Shown here: positions 53,221 through 64,000 of the stretch, piece by piece
Layout of the letters: each line of letters opens with the position of its first letter
How positions within the stretch are numbered: position 1 is the first letter of the stretch
DNA from: Basidiobolus meristosporus CBS 931.73
Taxonomy: Eukaryota; Fungi; Basidiobolomycota
Direction: 5' to 3'
Assembly: GCA_002104905.1 (NCBI GenBank)
Contig: MCFE01000170.1
Location: 79,868 to 143,867, forward strand
DNA length: 64,000 bases
Made by a program: the position numbers and the translations under genes
Notes under the pieces: generated by a model
Databases searched by the model: none
What the model was told of the DNA's origin: nothing
The model's input: only the letters and a program-made list of their open reading frames with translations

Positions 53221-55590
53221 CTATTTGGGTGGTTGTAGCGTATTGTCCATTGTATACTGGCCAATATAGCTGTTCCATTGTTGTAATTCAGAGTCGATAC
53301 TATTGTTCCAATAGGCCGGGTTGGCAAACACAGTTGGTTCTCCAGCGGAGTGTTGTGCCATAGAAACGAACGAAGTGTTTAGCGGATTAGTTGTGGAATG
53401 GTCATTTGGAAAGAAATTATAATTCCACGCCTGGTTTCTGAACACCTCTATTGGGCCTTGAGGAATGCTCATGTTTCTAGCAGTTGGATTACTGTTGACG
53501 TAAAGAGCATTGGAAGTAGCCACAGACTTGTTGTCAATAGGTGTATCCGCCATTGGGCGAGACTTGTGCACTTTGGCGGGTTCGGAGAAGATGATCATGG
53601 TTTCCGAATCGGAACGACGTGAAAATTGGGTTCCAATAGATTTTGAAAACGACGCCTGATCGAGTGGAAGAATAATGGGGGTCAGAGTGGTCTCCTCCAT
53701 TAACTTGAGTCCCCGGGAATTTAAAATGTCCTGCAAGAAGAGAAACATAGTACTCGCTTGGTGTAGAGAAGATCGAAGTCCCTTGATTTTTTGCACGCAT
53801 ATGGAGAGGTTTACCAAAGAGGTATTCGCAAGCTGTAGATCCTTCGAATACGCGCTCACCATGAATATCATAGACGCGTGAAAATACGGGAAACATAAGA
53901 AGAAGCAACCGTGCATGATGAATTGCCAGGGCGTATTGAAATATATAGAGTTGATGATACTAGCTGAATGATTACAGACGTGAAGAGAAGGAGAGATAGT
54001 ATCGAACCTGCTTGTGGGACGCGGAATGAAAGGGCGGTGCAAGCATATTATATTAGAATGAAACAAAGCATTCAGTATACTTGCGAACGGATTGTAACTT
54101 GTAGACATATCGGTGTCCACTAGCTGGAATTCAGAGGGCAAGCAAGAGTGCCAGTGGTTAAGAGATTTGTTTAAAATCCACAGCACGTCCTCGCTGCTTA
54201 GCGCAGAGGTGTTTCGTACGGGATATATCGCCTTCAGTACCTTTCCCTGTAGAGTACACAACTTAATCAGTTGCACGAAATACCTCAAAGAAATGGGGGT
54301 ATCTTCATTTTCGGATGAGGGTCGAGTCTGGGTTTCCTCGTAAAACTTCAGTACAGTATCATAGTCAGCCTCATCGATGGACATTGGTCTACCCGTTCCA
54401 GAGCTGCAAATCCGATCAAGTACGTAGCATCCCCACCAGGCTCTTCGGCGATTTTCTTTCTCGATGTCGTTGACACCGCCCTTATCAAGTAAATTTCGAT
54501 GTAAGCCAAGATCCTGGGCCATACGAATAGCATTGCCGAGAAAGTGCCAACTGTGTGTGGGATGAAACGCCAGCAGTAGCAGGGCCTGTATATCATCCAC
54601 TGAGGAAGCATACCATCCGTTGTCCAGACATTTCTTGGCTCTATGGAAAAACGCATCTCCGGCAATTCCAGGTTGTGTAGGATTTTGGTACATGGTAAGA
54701 TCGCCAGAGTGGAGGCAAGCGACAGCAAAAACTGCGTTGAGAAGAGCTCCGGATAACTTTTGGCCAGATTCCAGTCTTGTAAGAAACCACTTTTTATGGA
54801 AAATCGGAAAGTAAGGGTGTTGATGAGTGAAGTAAATATCCAAGAGATGCTTCCTGACGTCGACAGGTGGGAAGTTGTTTGTGATGTCACAAACGTAGTC
54901 AAAATCCTCCTTTGTTCTGGGATAATTCACCTTCAAGTTCGATTGAGTATCAGAAATCATGGAGACATCTCTGAAGATCCCACGCTTGTAAAAAGAAACC
55001 CCTTCGAAGAGGTACGCTCCAGAGCTAGGACCAAGATATCTACATTGATCCTTCTCATTGGTGGTGAGCTCACCCAAAGCCCTTTCCAGAGTGTATATAT
55101 CTTCCGAAAATACGAGGCTGTCGCCAGCTATTTCGAACTAAAGCAGACAGGAAATGACAAATATGATCAGTTTTCACTCTTCACAGCAGATCTGTTTAAA
55201 AAAGATGCCTCTGACAATGCGTACCTCGTCCGTGTCAACATTCTCGCTTTTAGAACTGCTCTCTGTAGGGCTCAATTCCTCCTTTGCATTGGAAGAGCAG
55301 ATTTGATGATAGAGCTGGGGATCTTTATCCTTGAGGTTGAGTAGCAATGCCTCAAGCCGTTTAATACGCTTCTCAAGACCAATCGGACAATTCCCCCTTG
55401 GGCCCCGTTTCTTCAAGAAGTCTAGATATGTGCATTCGTACCCGAAGGAGATACAATACGAACAAACAGGTTTTTCACCGTCGCAGCGAACTTTTTTCCT
55501 CCTGCAAGTGTCACATGCTCTGGTTACCTTTCGTCTTCTCAGAGGCCCAAGATCCTTTGGGGGATTAGGTGAGTCATTAAAGTTGGACAT
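53221..55590 (-). CDS. Zn(II)2Cys6 transcription factor with fungal middle-homology domain (one intron ~55110-55215)
   Basis: ACDTCRRKKVRCDGEKPVCSYCISFGYECTY; LLDIYFTHQHPYFPIFH; AIRMAQDLGLHR; RRRAWWGCYVLDR. Confidence 0.96.
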
Positions 55591-56863
55591 TCAATGTGTT
55601 GTAAGAAATGTTTCAGCGAATGTTTAGGAGAAAATAGAAAGTTGGTGCAGGTCAAATATTTGATAACCCATTCGTGATAGAATTTCAGCCAAGGCAGATC
55701 AATTGATGAAATCAAGCAGATTTAGTGTTATAGTGAGATTTATTTGCTTACGGAATAAGTGAAGATACAAGCATCCGATTAGTAGTTCGCATCGGATCAA
55801 ATCATTGGCTCGCACCCACCTCGAGGAATGCTGATCTGATTGAATGCACCTGAAAGTCCAAATCCATTCAAGTGGTGATAGGCCAAATAGGATTGCGGCG
55901 AAGATCCGCAGCAGGTTCGGCTATGATAGTTCGTATGCTCCGAAATTGCAATTTCAATCTGGCTTGTATGACGGGTATTCGGGTGCATGTTCCACGAAAC
56001 TGCTGAAGAATAGCAAGCAACACCCAAATTAGAAACCCCTCTCCACATATTGATCAAAATGGGAGGCGTGATTGCAGAGTGCAAATGAAGAATTTCATGG
56101 AGTTAGAAGTTGCTGTTTCTCCGAGGAATATCTCGGCTCCATTTATTCGGACGGAATTTCGCTGTCGAAGTGCTGATCGTGGAACTCCTGGATTGGACGC
56201 AATCAACCAATACCCGTCCGAAGACTCAGGAAGTTGGGTGCAAAATCAGCTGTCAACAGTCCAGGGTATGTTCTTCGCAATGACGACGACATCGGCCAGC
56301 GGGCCCCATCAGCTACTCATGGTGCTTCCATTAACGGTGCTTTCTAGATTTACTTTGCATCGTATTACTTAAAGTGGATTGAGAAAAGAAATGCATAGTT
56401 GGATGATTTGATGTTATCCGAGCATAGTGGAGTATCATCAAAACTAATTCCAATACAAATCCAGATGCTTCAAATGTCTATGGTATAGATGTCAAACCAT
56501 TCCTGAGCGCGTACAACAATTGAGATAATATGTAACTTTAAGACCAATAATATTTTTCTGAATTAGGTGCTCTAAAATCGATCTCTGGTCACACAAGCCT
56601 CCCGCTATACTACTGCCAAACACGGATTGCCCATGGATAATTACTGCAAATTTGATGGCCAAGAGCCAAGATTAGCAGAAATTGTCTCTACAACTGGCCT
56701 TTTAGGGGGGTGGGGGGGGGGGGTGGCAATCACCTGGGGACGAAGTCTTTACTTCAAGAATTCAAAATAAAGAGGCTAAGCGCTACACGAGTAGCATTTT
56801 CACAAGTAAATAAAGTGAATGGTCATTTTGTGAAAGCTTATAAGAATGGTCATCAAGTATGGG

Positions 56864-57581
56864 TGTGTTATAAGAGTTGTGGAGATATTGAAAGCAACTG
56901 GAATAACAAGTGGATGATGCGGCTTTCATTCAATTATTTATTGAATGTAAAAGTAGTATTTGTACTTCTGTAGAGTTTATAATTGCCGTAAGAGTTTTGG
57001 AGATATTGGAAGTAATTAGGAGAACAAGTAGGTTATGTAGCATTCACTTCATGAACCATTGTGTGTAAGAGTAGTACTTATATTCTCCCATGTTCTTGGC
57101 ACAACACACCTGCAATATATGCTTAGGAAGGTCCCAAGAACAGGTGTGTAAGGTTTGGGGCTGTTTGGACAACTTTGATAATTTCATATTTTGGGTACTT
57201 GATGCTTTGATGAAAATATTCCAAGTAAATTTCAACAGGATAATTTGGTCAGAATTCTCCAGGTTTTGCAGGTAATGATCCAAATGGCCAAGTTAGGGGA
57301 ATACTTAGGTGCAATTACAAATTTTTACAACACTCCCACTCAACTAAATACCAATATCACATAGTCCTAATTGTGATATAAGATGCTCAAATTTGTCTGT
57401 AGCTAATGGTTTGGTAAATATGTCAGCAATTATTTCATCTGTAGGACAGTAAGCTAGATTGACTAACCCTATGAAAAGTTATCAGATCTTGTAGGTGTAT
57501 CCAATTCAGATCAGCCATCAAGATCTTGCATGAAGCCATCATAATGCTGGCAGCTTTGAATTCTTGACCCTCTTCACAATC
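56864..57581 (-). mobile_element. 3' end of a copia element (RNase H remnant, PPT, 3' LTR 56984-57332) plus partial extra LTR (56864-56970)
   Basis: Minus strand reads [24 protein letters not shown]; PPT reverse complement CTCCCACTCAAC at 57333; L3-family LTR. Cut off at the TTAGGG at 57582. Confidence 0.85.
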
Positions 57582-58129
57582 TTAGGGTTATGGGAGGGAA
57601 AGTCACCAAGTTGGTGAAATCTTTATTTGAGTCAAGAACTAATCTAAGTACAAATAAAGAAGCCAATTAAGAGGTCTAGATTCTCTCTAATAAGTAGTCT
57701 AATTTATATTTTGTTTCATCTCTAATGTTTGTTTCAATAAAGTAGAGCTCATCAGGGGTAAATATAAAATTCAGGGGTTTTGGGGGAAGTACAAATTGTA
57801 GATGTTTCTGATCAATATAATCCAAGACTGGAACCCAGCCTGGGATTAGGTGTAGTAGGAAAGGTGTGTGGACTTGTAAGTAGCTCTGCCACATAGATCT
57901 AAGATGGTCCTGAGCCAGTAGTCTTGGTTTCTCAGCTTTTTGAAGTTTTGAAGCAAGCTCTGTTACTACAGCAGAGCCTACCAGGGTGTGCCAGCAAGAA
58001 GATTTCAGGGAGGAGTTAGATTGAAGCCATTGTTTGATGGAGGGGTTATGTGATTTCTGAAGTTTCACTAGGAAGGAAGCACGGAGATAGACCATTTGGA
58101 TTTGGTATGGGTAGAACCCAAGGGCTCCA
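57582..58129 (-). mobile_element. Unit A1: 5'-truncated non-LTR RT C-terminus with telomeric-repeat 3' end
   Basis: ORF 57676..58158 is homologous to the C-terminus of 62149..63477 (GF.PY.I...YLR; SCW.T; EKP; W..YLQ.HTPF; LPP.PLN). Ends AATAAAGATTTCACC..GGTGACTTTCCCTCCCATAACCCTAA. Confidence 0.85.
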
Positions 58130-58676
58130 TTAGGGTTAGGGGGAGGGAAAGTCACCAAGGTAGGTGAAATCTTTATTTGATTTTAGACAAGTCTAACTAC
58201 AAATAAAGAAGCCAGCTGGGAATAGAAGTTCCCAAAGTAAGCACTAAGTTGAATTGAATAAATCTAAGCTAAAGTTAAGGCAGTATCCCAGAGTACACTG
58301 GAGTTCAGGTTCATAGGGTAGTGAGGTGGATAAGCTTGAGAGATATAATAATCTTTTAAGAAGTGGGTAACAGCAGGTGAAGGGGAGTTTCTGATAAGTG
58401 AAGTGAATCTTGAGAGCAGAGATTCCTCCAATGGGAAGGTCTTGTAAACTGGAGAATCAGGAAACTCTTTAAATGCATGGTCAGTAGGTTCCCAGTAAAA
58501 CTGGTCAGAGACATTTTGAGAGAATTGTTTAGCAATACTTTTGTCAAGTACTACCTCCAGAGTGTGATGGTTGATAAATCTCATGTTAACAATCTTGGAT
58601 AAATTGTAACCTTGTTGCTTGAGATACATCCTATGCTCAGATATAGGAATAAACTCCACATTGGCAAAGTAGCAGA
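58130..58676 (-). mobile_element. Unit B1: 5'-truncated ORF1-only unit with telomeric-repeat 3' end
   Basis: Near-identical to the 3' part of 61061-62064, with the same terminus ...GGTGACTTTCCCTCCCCCTAACCCTAA. Confidence 0.88.
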
Positions 58677-58981
58677 GGGTTAGGATGTAGGTGTTATAGT
58701 AAGGGCCAGGAAAAGGTTAGAAGAGCAGGGGGTTTGGGGGATGCAATCCCCCATACTGCTCCCATACTCTTTAAATTCCCTTTGGATTACTTTTCTCTCA
58801 TTCTTGGTTCTGGTCCTGTAGGGTTACAATTCCTCCTCATAACCCTTATCACCCTAACCATGTATATATTTACCCTACAATTGGCACATTGTCTGCTCAT
58901 ATAGTGGGCATGTCTGGGCCAATATTTGTCTCCCTATACTGTCTATATGCTCTGTATAAGTCTTGATGACTATTTAATTAA
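58677..58981. repeat. Module X copy 1 (non-coding, telomere-like motifs, GC hairpin)
   Basis: Repeat of 63596-63937; begins GGGTTAGGATGTAGG and is cut at TTAA 58978-58981. Confidence 0.85.
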
Positions 58982-60314
58982 CAAGTAGAGATTAGTCCAA
59001 TTGGACCAAATGGTCCAATTGTATTTAAATTATTTTGACCTCATAGCAAGAATATAAGAAGTCTAAATGAAGTTTATGAAATCTCCCTGGTATGCACTTT
59101 GTGCTGGTATTTTAATTTTTTCAAAATGGTTGCAAATACTTTGTCTTATATTGCCTTTACTGAAGCAACTTTTGGCAAATTTTAATTGGACCAAATGGTC
59201 TAACACTTCATTGATGAATAATGGGTATGGCTTTAAGCAATTATATTTCAAACATTTAATGGCCAATCCTACTCACTGCAAAGAGTTATTGAGCATTATT
59301 TGTTTTTTCATATGCCACCTTCAAGTGCCTGGTATAGCAGTCCTTACACATTGGGTGGCCAGGGCTGCAACTGCATGAAAACTCAACCTTAGTGCCTGTA
59401 ACATGAGCAGCAGTACAAGTTTTGCAAGCAAATCTATGGTGCTTTGAGCCATAACCTTTACTCATCAACAGGTAAGTGTGATTTTCATCACTTCTGAGTT
59501 GCCTCTGACTACCCAAGGGCCCCTTGATGTCTGAACTGGCCAAATTCTTACAATATTGCAAGAAATTGTATGCTGAAATATCCTTGAAAGAGAAATGAGA
59601 TACGCCACACTTTTGATAAAAAAATGTACAATAAGAGCTATAGGCATTGGCTTCACAGATACCTAGGATGAAGCCAAAGAAACACATCTCCCATCTTTCT
59701 GTAGATATTGTTGTAAGAGTCTTGGAGATATTGGAAGTGATTTGGAGAACAAGTCAATTATGTGGTTTTCACTTAATGATTTATTGAATGTAAAAGTAGT
59801 ATTTATACTTTTACCTGGTCTTGGCATTACAAGCATGTAGAATTGGTTAAGGAAGGTCCCAAGAACATGTGTGCAAAGTTTGGGGCTGTTTGGACAACAT
59901 CAAGAATTTTCATGTTCTGGGTACCTGGTATTTTGGTGAAAATATTCTAAGTAAATCCCAGCAAGGAATTTGGTCAGTATTCTCTAGGATTTGGAGGTGA
60001 TGATCTAAGTGACTAAGTTAGGTGAATATTTAGGTGGAAATACAAATTTTTACAACAGATATAACATCATGATAAGATGTCAAATTATCTTGAAGGTTAT
60101 TAGCAGCATCAACCAAACCTACAAATATAGTAAATAGAGCACATGTTGTTTCTTCAAGACAGGGTTCTACTTACTTTTATGGGTCTCATATTCTTCAACC
60201 ACTTCCGGTTGCTGAATGGTTATCACTTCACCATTGTCCCCTACAAAAGTTCTCCATCCAGTAAGCCTTGTTGTGCTGCAAGAAGAAATAAATGCTTTGA
60301 TCTTGTAATCATGG
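58982..60314 (-). mobile_element. Decayed piggyBac-like transposase with one intron, interrupted by a solo LTR
   Basis: QPEVVEEYETHKS-LVDAANN..ERWEMCFFGFILGICEANAY, plus C-terminal Cys-rich CKTC..CSC..CKDCYTRH. Abuts a TTAA. Subterminal palindrome CAATTGGACCAAATGGTCCAATTG at ~59000. Confidence 0.7.
59709..60057 (-). repeat. Solo copia LTR (family L3) with TSD GATAT
   Basis: 349 bp, TG...CA; GATAT at 59704-59708 and 60058-60062. Confidence 0.95.
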
Positions 60315-61060
60315 TGTGGTGGTGTATAAGTCCAAGGGAGAGATACGTCCAACACTTCTCAAGTGTTTTGTGTGTGGGGTGTTCACTGGGTGCAATAGCC
60401 TCTGGCAAAAGCTTGCTAGGAATACTTGGGTTCTGTCTCTAATCTAATGTGAAGGGGAATAAAGCCACAAGCTTGTCAAGGGAAAACTATTGAGCTACAA
60501 TCCCCAACTTAGTTGGCATCTTAACAAAAGTATGTGCTGGGTTCAGCGTCCTTTGAGATGACAATGTACCAAAGCTTCCAAAGTCAAAACAACTGTAAAC
60601 TCCACCAGCAGGGACTTGATAAGAATGCAGCAGTGGTCAATAGTTACAAAGACAGAAAAGTATCTTTGCCTGTACAAGAACAAACTTGGGAAAGAATCAA
60701 ATATAATAAAAGATACCTACTCTGAGTATTCCTCACAAGTAGTGCCTCCAAGGTCAGTTGGCTGTCAGCGCGGTTTCCTGGGAGTGTCCTGTGGTCTGGG
60801 GTTGGAAGTTCCGGTAGCAGCAGGTAGCAGTGATCACACTAATCAACAAGTTGGTATATTGATAAAAGGGATGATGATTTATTGTTGAGGGATAGCCTCC
60901 CTTATATACTTTTCTCACTGGCTAAGCAATTACTAATCATGGTGTTCCAGAAGGTTCCAGATATCAATAGAAATCTTGATGCATCAGAATGACCTAAGAA
61001 TGTTCTAAGTAGGTGCCGGAAGGTTCTAAGAGGCACAGCACATCCAACCAATCAGGAATC
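60315..61060. repeat. Truncated LTR of family L2 (inverted relative to 4847-5917)
   Basis: Near-identical reverse complement of 5171-5917; ends abruptly at (TTAGGG)2 TTAGGGG. Confidence 0.92.
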
Positions 61061-62064
61061 TTAGGGTTAGGGTTAGGGGAGGGAAAGTCACCAAGGTAGG
61101 TGAAATCTTTATTTGGTTTCAGACAAGTCTAACTACAAATAAAGAAGCCAGCTGGGAATAAAAGATTCCCAAAGTAAACACTAAGTTGAATATGAATAAA
61201 TCTAAGCTAAAGTTAAGGCAGTATCCCAGAGTACACTGGAGTTCAGGTTCATGGGGGAGTGAAGTAGATAAGCTTGAGAAATATAATAATCTTTGAGGAA
61301 GTGGGTAACAGCAGGTGAAGGGGAATTTTTGATAAGTGAAGTGAATCTTGAGAGCAGAGATTCCTCTAATGAGAAGGTCTTGTAAACTGGAGAATCAGGA
61401 AACTCTTTAAAGGCATGGTCAGTAGGTTCCCAGTAAAACTGGTCAGAGACATTTTGAGAGAACTCTTTAGCAATACTTTTGTCAAGTACTACCTCCAGAG
61501 TGTGATTGTTGATAAATCTCATGTTAACAATCTTGGATAAATTGTAACCTTGTTGCTTGAGATACATCCTATGCTCAGATATAGGAATGAACTCCACATT
61601 GGCAAAGTAGCAGACAGCCCAGTCAGTAGCAGGAGGCAAATCAGAAGTAGCAGGAAACTTTCTTTTAGTCTTGGGAGGAGCCGCAGGATGTCTTGAGGAA
61701 GCAGGAACAGGCTTTTTGACAGCTTCAGAGTAGGAAGAGTGAGCAGGAGCAGATGATTCTTGGGGAGTCTTGTTAACAGGAACAGCTGGCAGAGAGACAA
61801 TAGATTCTTGCAGATCAGAGAAGGCAGAAAACAGCGTTTGAACTTGTTTCTTGAGTAAAGCATTTTCAGCTTCAACAAGTGCAAGCCTTTCCTCAAGGAA
61901 GGAAATCTGAAGGGAATGGAGTGAAGGCATAAGAAATAAGAAGAAGAGGGTAAGATGGGATGGGTGGGTGGGAAAATTAGCAGGGAGAAGAGAAGGAAGG
62001 AGCAAAAATTCCAGAAGTCAGAATTTATAGATGGATGGACAGGGTAGATGGATGGATTATTCCT
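61061..62064 (-). mobile_element. Unit B2: ORF1-only non-LTR unit (ORF 61202..62005) with own polyA signal, stem-loop and CCCTAA end
   Basis: Coiled coil (LEERLALVEAENALLKKQVQTL), SYSEAVKK, Pro-rich linker and putative RRM-like domain (IVNMRFINNHTLEVVL). 3' end CCCCTAACCCTAACCCTAA. Confidence 0.8.
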
Positions 62065-63595
62065 GGGTTAGGAAAATTAGCAGGGTTAGGGGGGAGACAG
62101 TCACCAACAGGTGAAATCTTTATTTCAGTTGAAACAAAGAAGCCAGCGCTACTGTTGTAGCTTTGATACAAGAGAGTGTAGCTGAGGGGAATTTGTAGGT
62201 AAGTTAATAAGAAGTGATGATAGTTCTTCAGTGCTCAAGACACTGTTCAGTGGGAAGGGGGGTAGCAAGAGGGGTAAGAATGATCTGTGAACAACATTAA
62301 TGAGGGGAATGTGATAAGGATTGATATTCATCATAAAGGGAGTGTGCTGCTGCAGATATTGCTGCCAAAGGTCTGTCAAGTACTTCAGGTAGGCCAGCTT
62401 GGGTTTTTCTGACTGCAGAATATAGTGAGCAAACTTCTTGACTTCAGGATCTCCAAGTATAGTTCTCCAGCAGGAGTCAGGTGTTGTGTGGTGTGTTCTC
62501 TTCCAGGCCTTAATCAGTGGGTTGTTGCAGTTGTGAAGTCTGAGGTATAATCTGGTTCTAAGGTAGAGAAGTCTGATCTTATAGGGCATAAACCCAAAAG
62601 CACCAAGAATAGCATGTCTGTAGGGGCATTCAGGCAAATGAGGCACCAAGGAGGTAATGCACCATACTGCAAACTTGTCAAGCTTAGTGCAGTCTCTAGA
62701 AGTAAGAGAGAGAAGTGGTAAGCCAAATTCCAGGACATGGAAGACAAACTGCTTGAGTAGAAGGAGGCAGCTGGGAGCTGAAGTTGTAGGAGGAGTAACA
62801 GCCAGTAGCTTGTGGAGTGCCTGTCTTGCCAGGATAATTCTCTTCTTGAGATGTGCTCCAGAGTCTAGTCCAGTAGGAAGGAAAGGAAAGCCAAGATATG
62901 TAGCAGAAACCTGAGCAGGTAGAGTGGAGTTCTCCAAGTTGATAGGAGAGCCCAAAGGTACTGTCTTTGCAATGGAAAGCTGGAGATTATTCTTCTGCAG
63001 ATACTGGTGGATGGTCTGGGAGTCTTGTTGCACATTGGAGGAGGATATTCTGATGTCATCAGCAAAGAGAGTAACCAGGCAGTCAGCTGAGAGTCTTGGG
63101 AAATCATTCAGGAAGATGGCAAACAGTATAGGACCAAGCACAGAGCCTTGAACCACTCCATTAGGAACTGAGAACACTGGTGATTGCTCACTTGGGTGCA
63201 GAATTCTTGCTTGTGGATCCAGAAACAGAGACCTGACAAGGAGGGTGAGAGAGGTACTGGAGAAGCATTGCAACTTGGACCAAAGCAGATTTCTGTCAAC
63301 TGAATCAAAGGCCTTAGTAATATCAAACAGAACAGAGGGATACTTGCACTGGAGAGAGTGACCTTGGCTAAGTATGACTGCATATTCCAAGGAGAGGCCA
63401 GGAACAAAGCCAAACTGTGCAGGATGAAACTTGAGGGAGTCAGAGTAGAGCTCCTGAGCAAGCAGAAGCTCAAACACCTTTCTGCAGGTGGGCAGCAGAG
63501 ATATTGGCCTGTAGGAGCTAGGATCCAGGTGCTTTCCTTTACCCTTGTACAGTGGCAGAACATTTGCAAAGGACCATTCCTCAGGAGTAGAAAGC
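62065..63595 (-). mobile_element. Unit A2: 5'-truncated LINE-type reverse transcriptase with telomeric-repeat 3' end
   Basis: WSFANVLPLYKGKG..YRPISLL (1-nt frameshift), QFGF, FDITKAFDSV, GVVQGSVLGP, LFADD, YLGFPF. No C-terminal CCHC/RLE motif seen. Confidence 0.92.
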
Positions 63596-63937
63596 TTAGG
63601 GTGTAGGTGTTATAGTAAGGGCTAGGAAAAGGTTAGAAGAGCAGGGGGTCTGGGGGACGCAGTCCCCTAGAGAATAAAAAAGCAGGGGGTTTGGGGATGC
63701 AATCCCCCATACTGCTCTTATACTCTTTAAATTCCCGTTGGATTACTTTTCTCTCATTCTTGGTTCTGGTCCCTTAGGGTTAGAATTCCTCCTCCTAACC
63801 CTTATCACCCTAACCATAAATATTTTTACCCTACAATTGGCACATTGTCTGCTCATATGGTGGGCATGTCTGGGCCAATATTTGTCTCCCTATACTGTTC
63901 ATACGCTCTGTATAAGTCTTGATGACTATTTAATTAA
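63596..63937. repeat. Module X copy 2 (may continue beyond 63937)
   Basis: TTAGGGTGTAGG start; GGGGACGCAGTCCCC and GGGGATGCAATCCCC hairpins; TTAGGGTTAG and CCCTAACC inside. Confidence 0.85.
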
Positions 63938-64000
63938 TAAATTGTTATTTTTAATATATATCTAATAATTAATGGGATTCATCCCAATCTGACCACAATC

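Noticed and set aside
54760-55344. 194-aa + strand ORF
   Set aside because: Antisense to the Zn2Cys6 gene across its intron; no motifs.
62149-63595. Penelope-like (Athena/Coprina) identity for the telomeric elements
   Set aside because: The RT motifs (YRPISLL, KAFDSV, QGSVLGP, FADD) are LINE-type, and I saw no hammerhead core; the similarity is architectural only.

Overview
Fungal nuclear DNA, shown by spliceosomal introns and a Zn2Cys6 factor. An early-diverging lineage such as Basidiobolus is my inference only. The window has three blocks. (1) 1-~19.9 kb: CpG-depleted nest of decayed transposons. It holds copia and gypsy elements, Harbinger/IS5-like DDE elements, solo LTRs, a 350-bp-arm palindrome, and a complete copia nested in an older copy of itself. 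(2) ~19.9-56.7 kb: CpG-rich gene island encoding a RalGAP-alpha-like GAP, TRR1, a mitochondrial rhodanese, a secreted Gly-rich protein, a PPR protein, a TOK K+ channel, an intronless bacterial-style terpene synthase with a hydrophobic tail, PDA1, INSIG and a Zn2Cys6 TF. (3) ~56.8-64 kb: second CpG-depleted TE block. Its best feature is a set of head-to-tail, 5'-truncated non-LTR units of two kinds, RT-only and ORF1-only. Each carries its own conserved 3' end (AATAAA + stem-loop + CCCTAA telomeric repeats), and a third module also ends in CCCTAA. All five or six junction TTAGGG tracts point right. This looks like a bipartite, telomere-repeat-primed retroelement system. Coordinates and counts were read by eye; no database searches were run.
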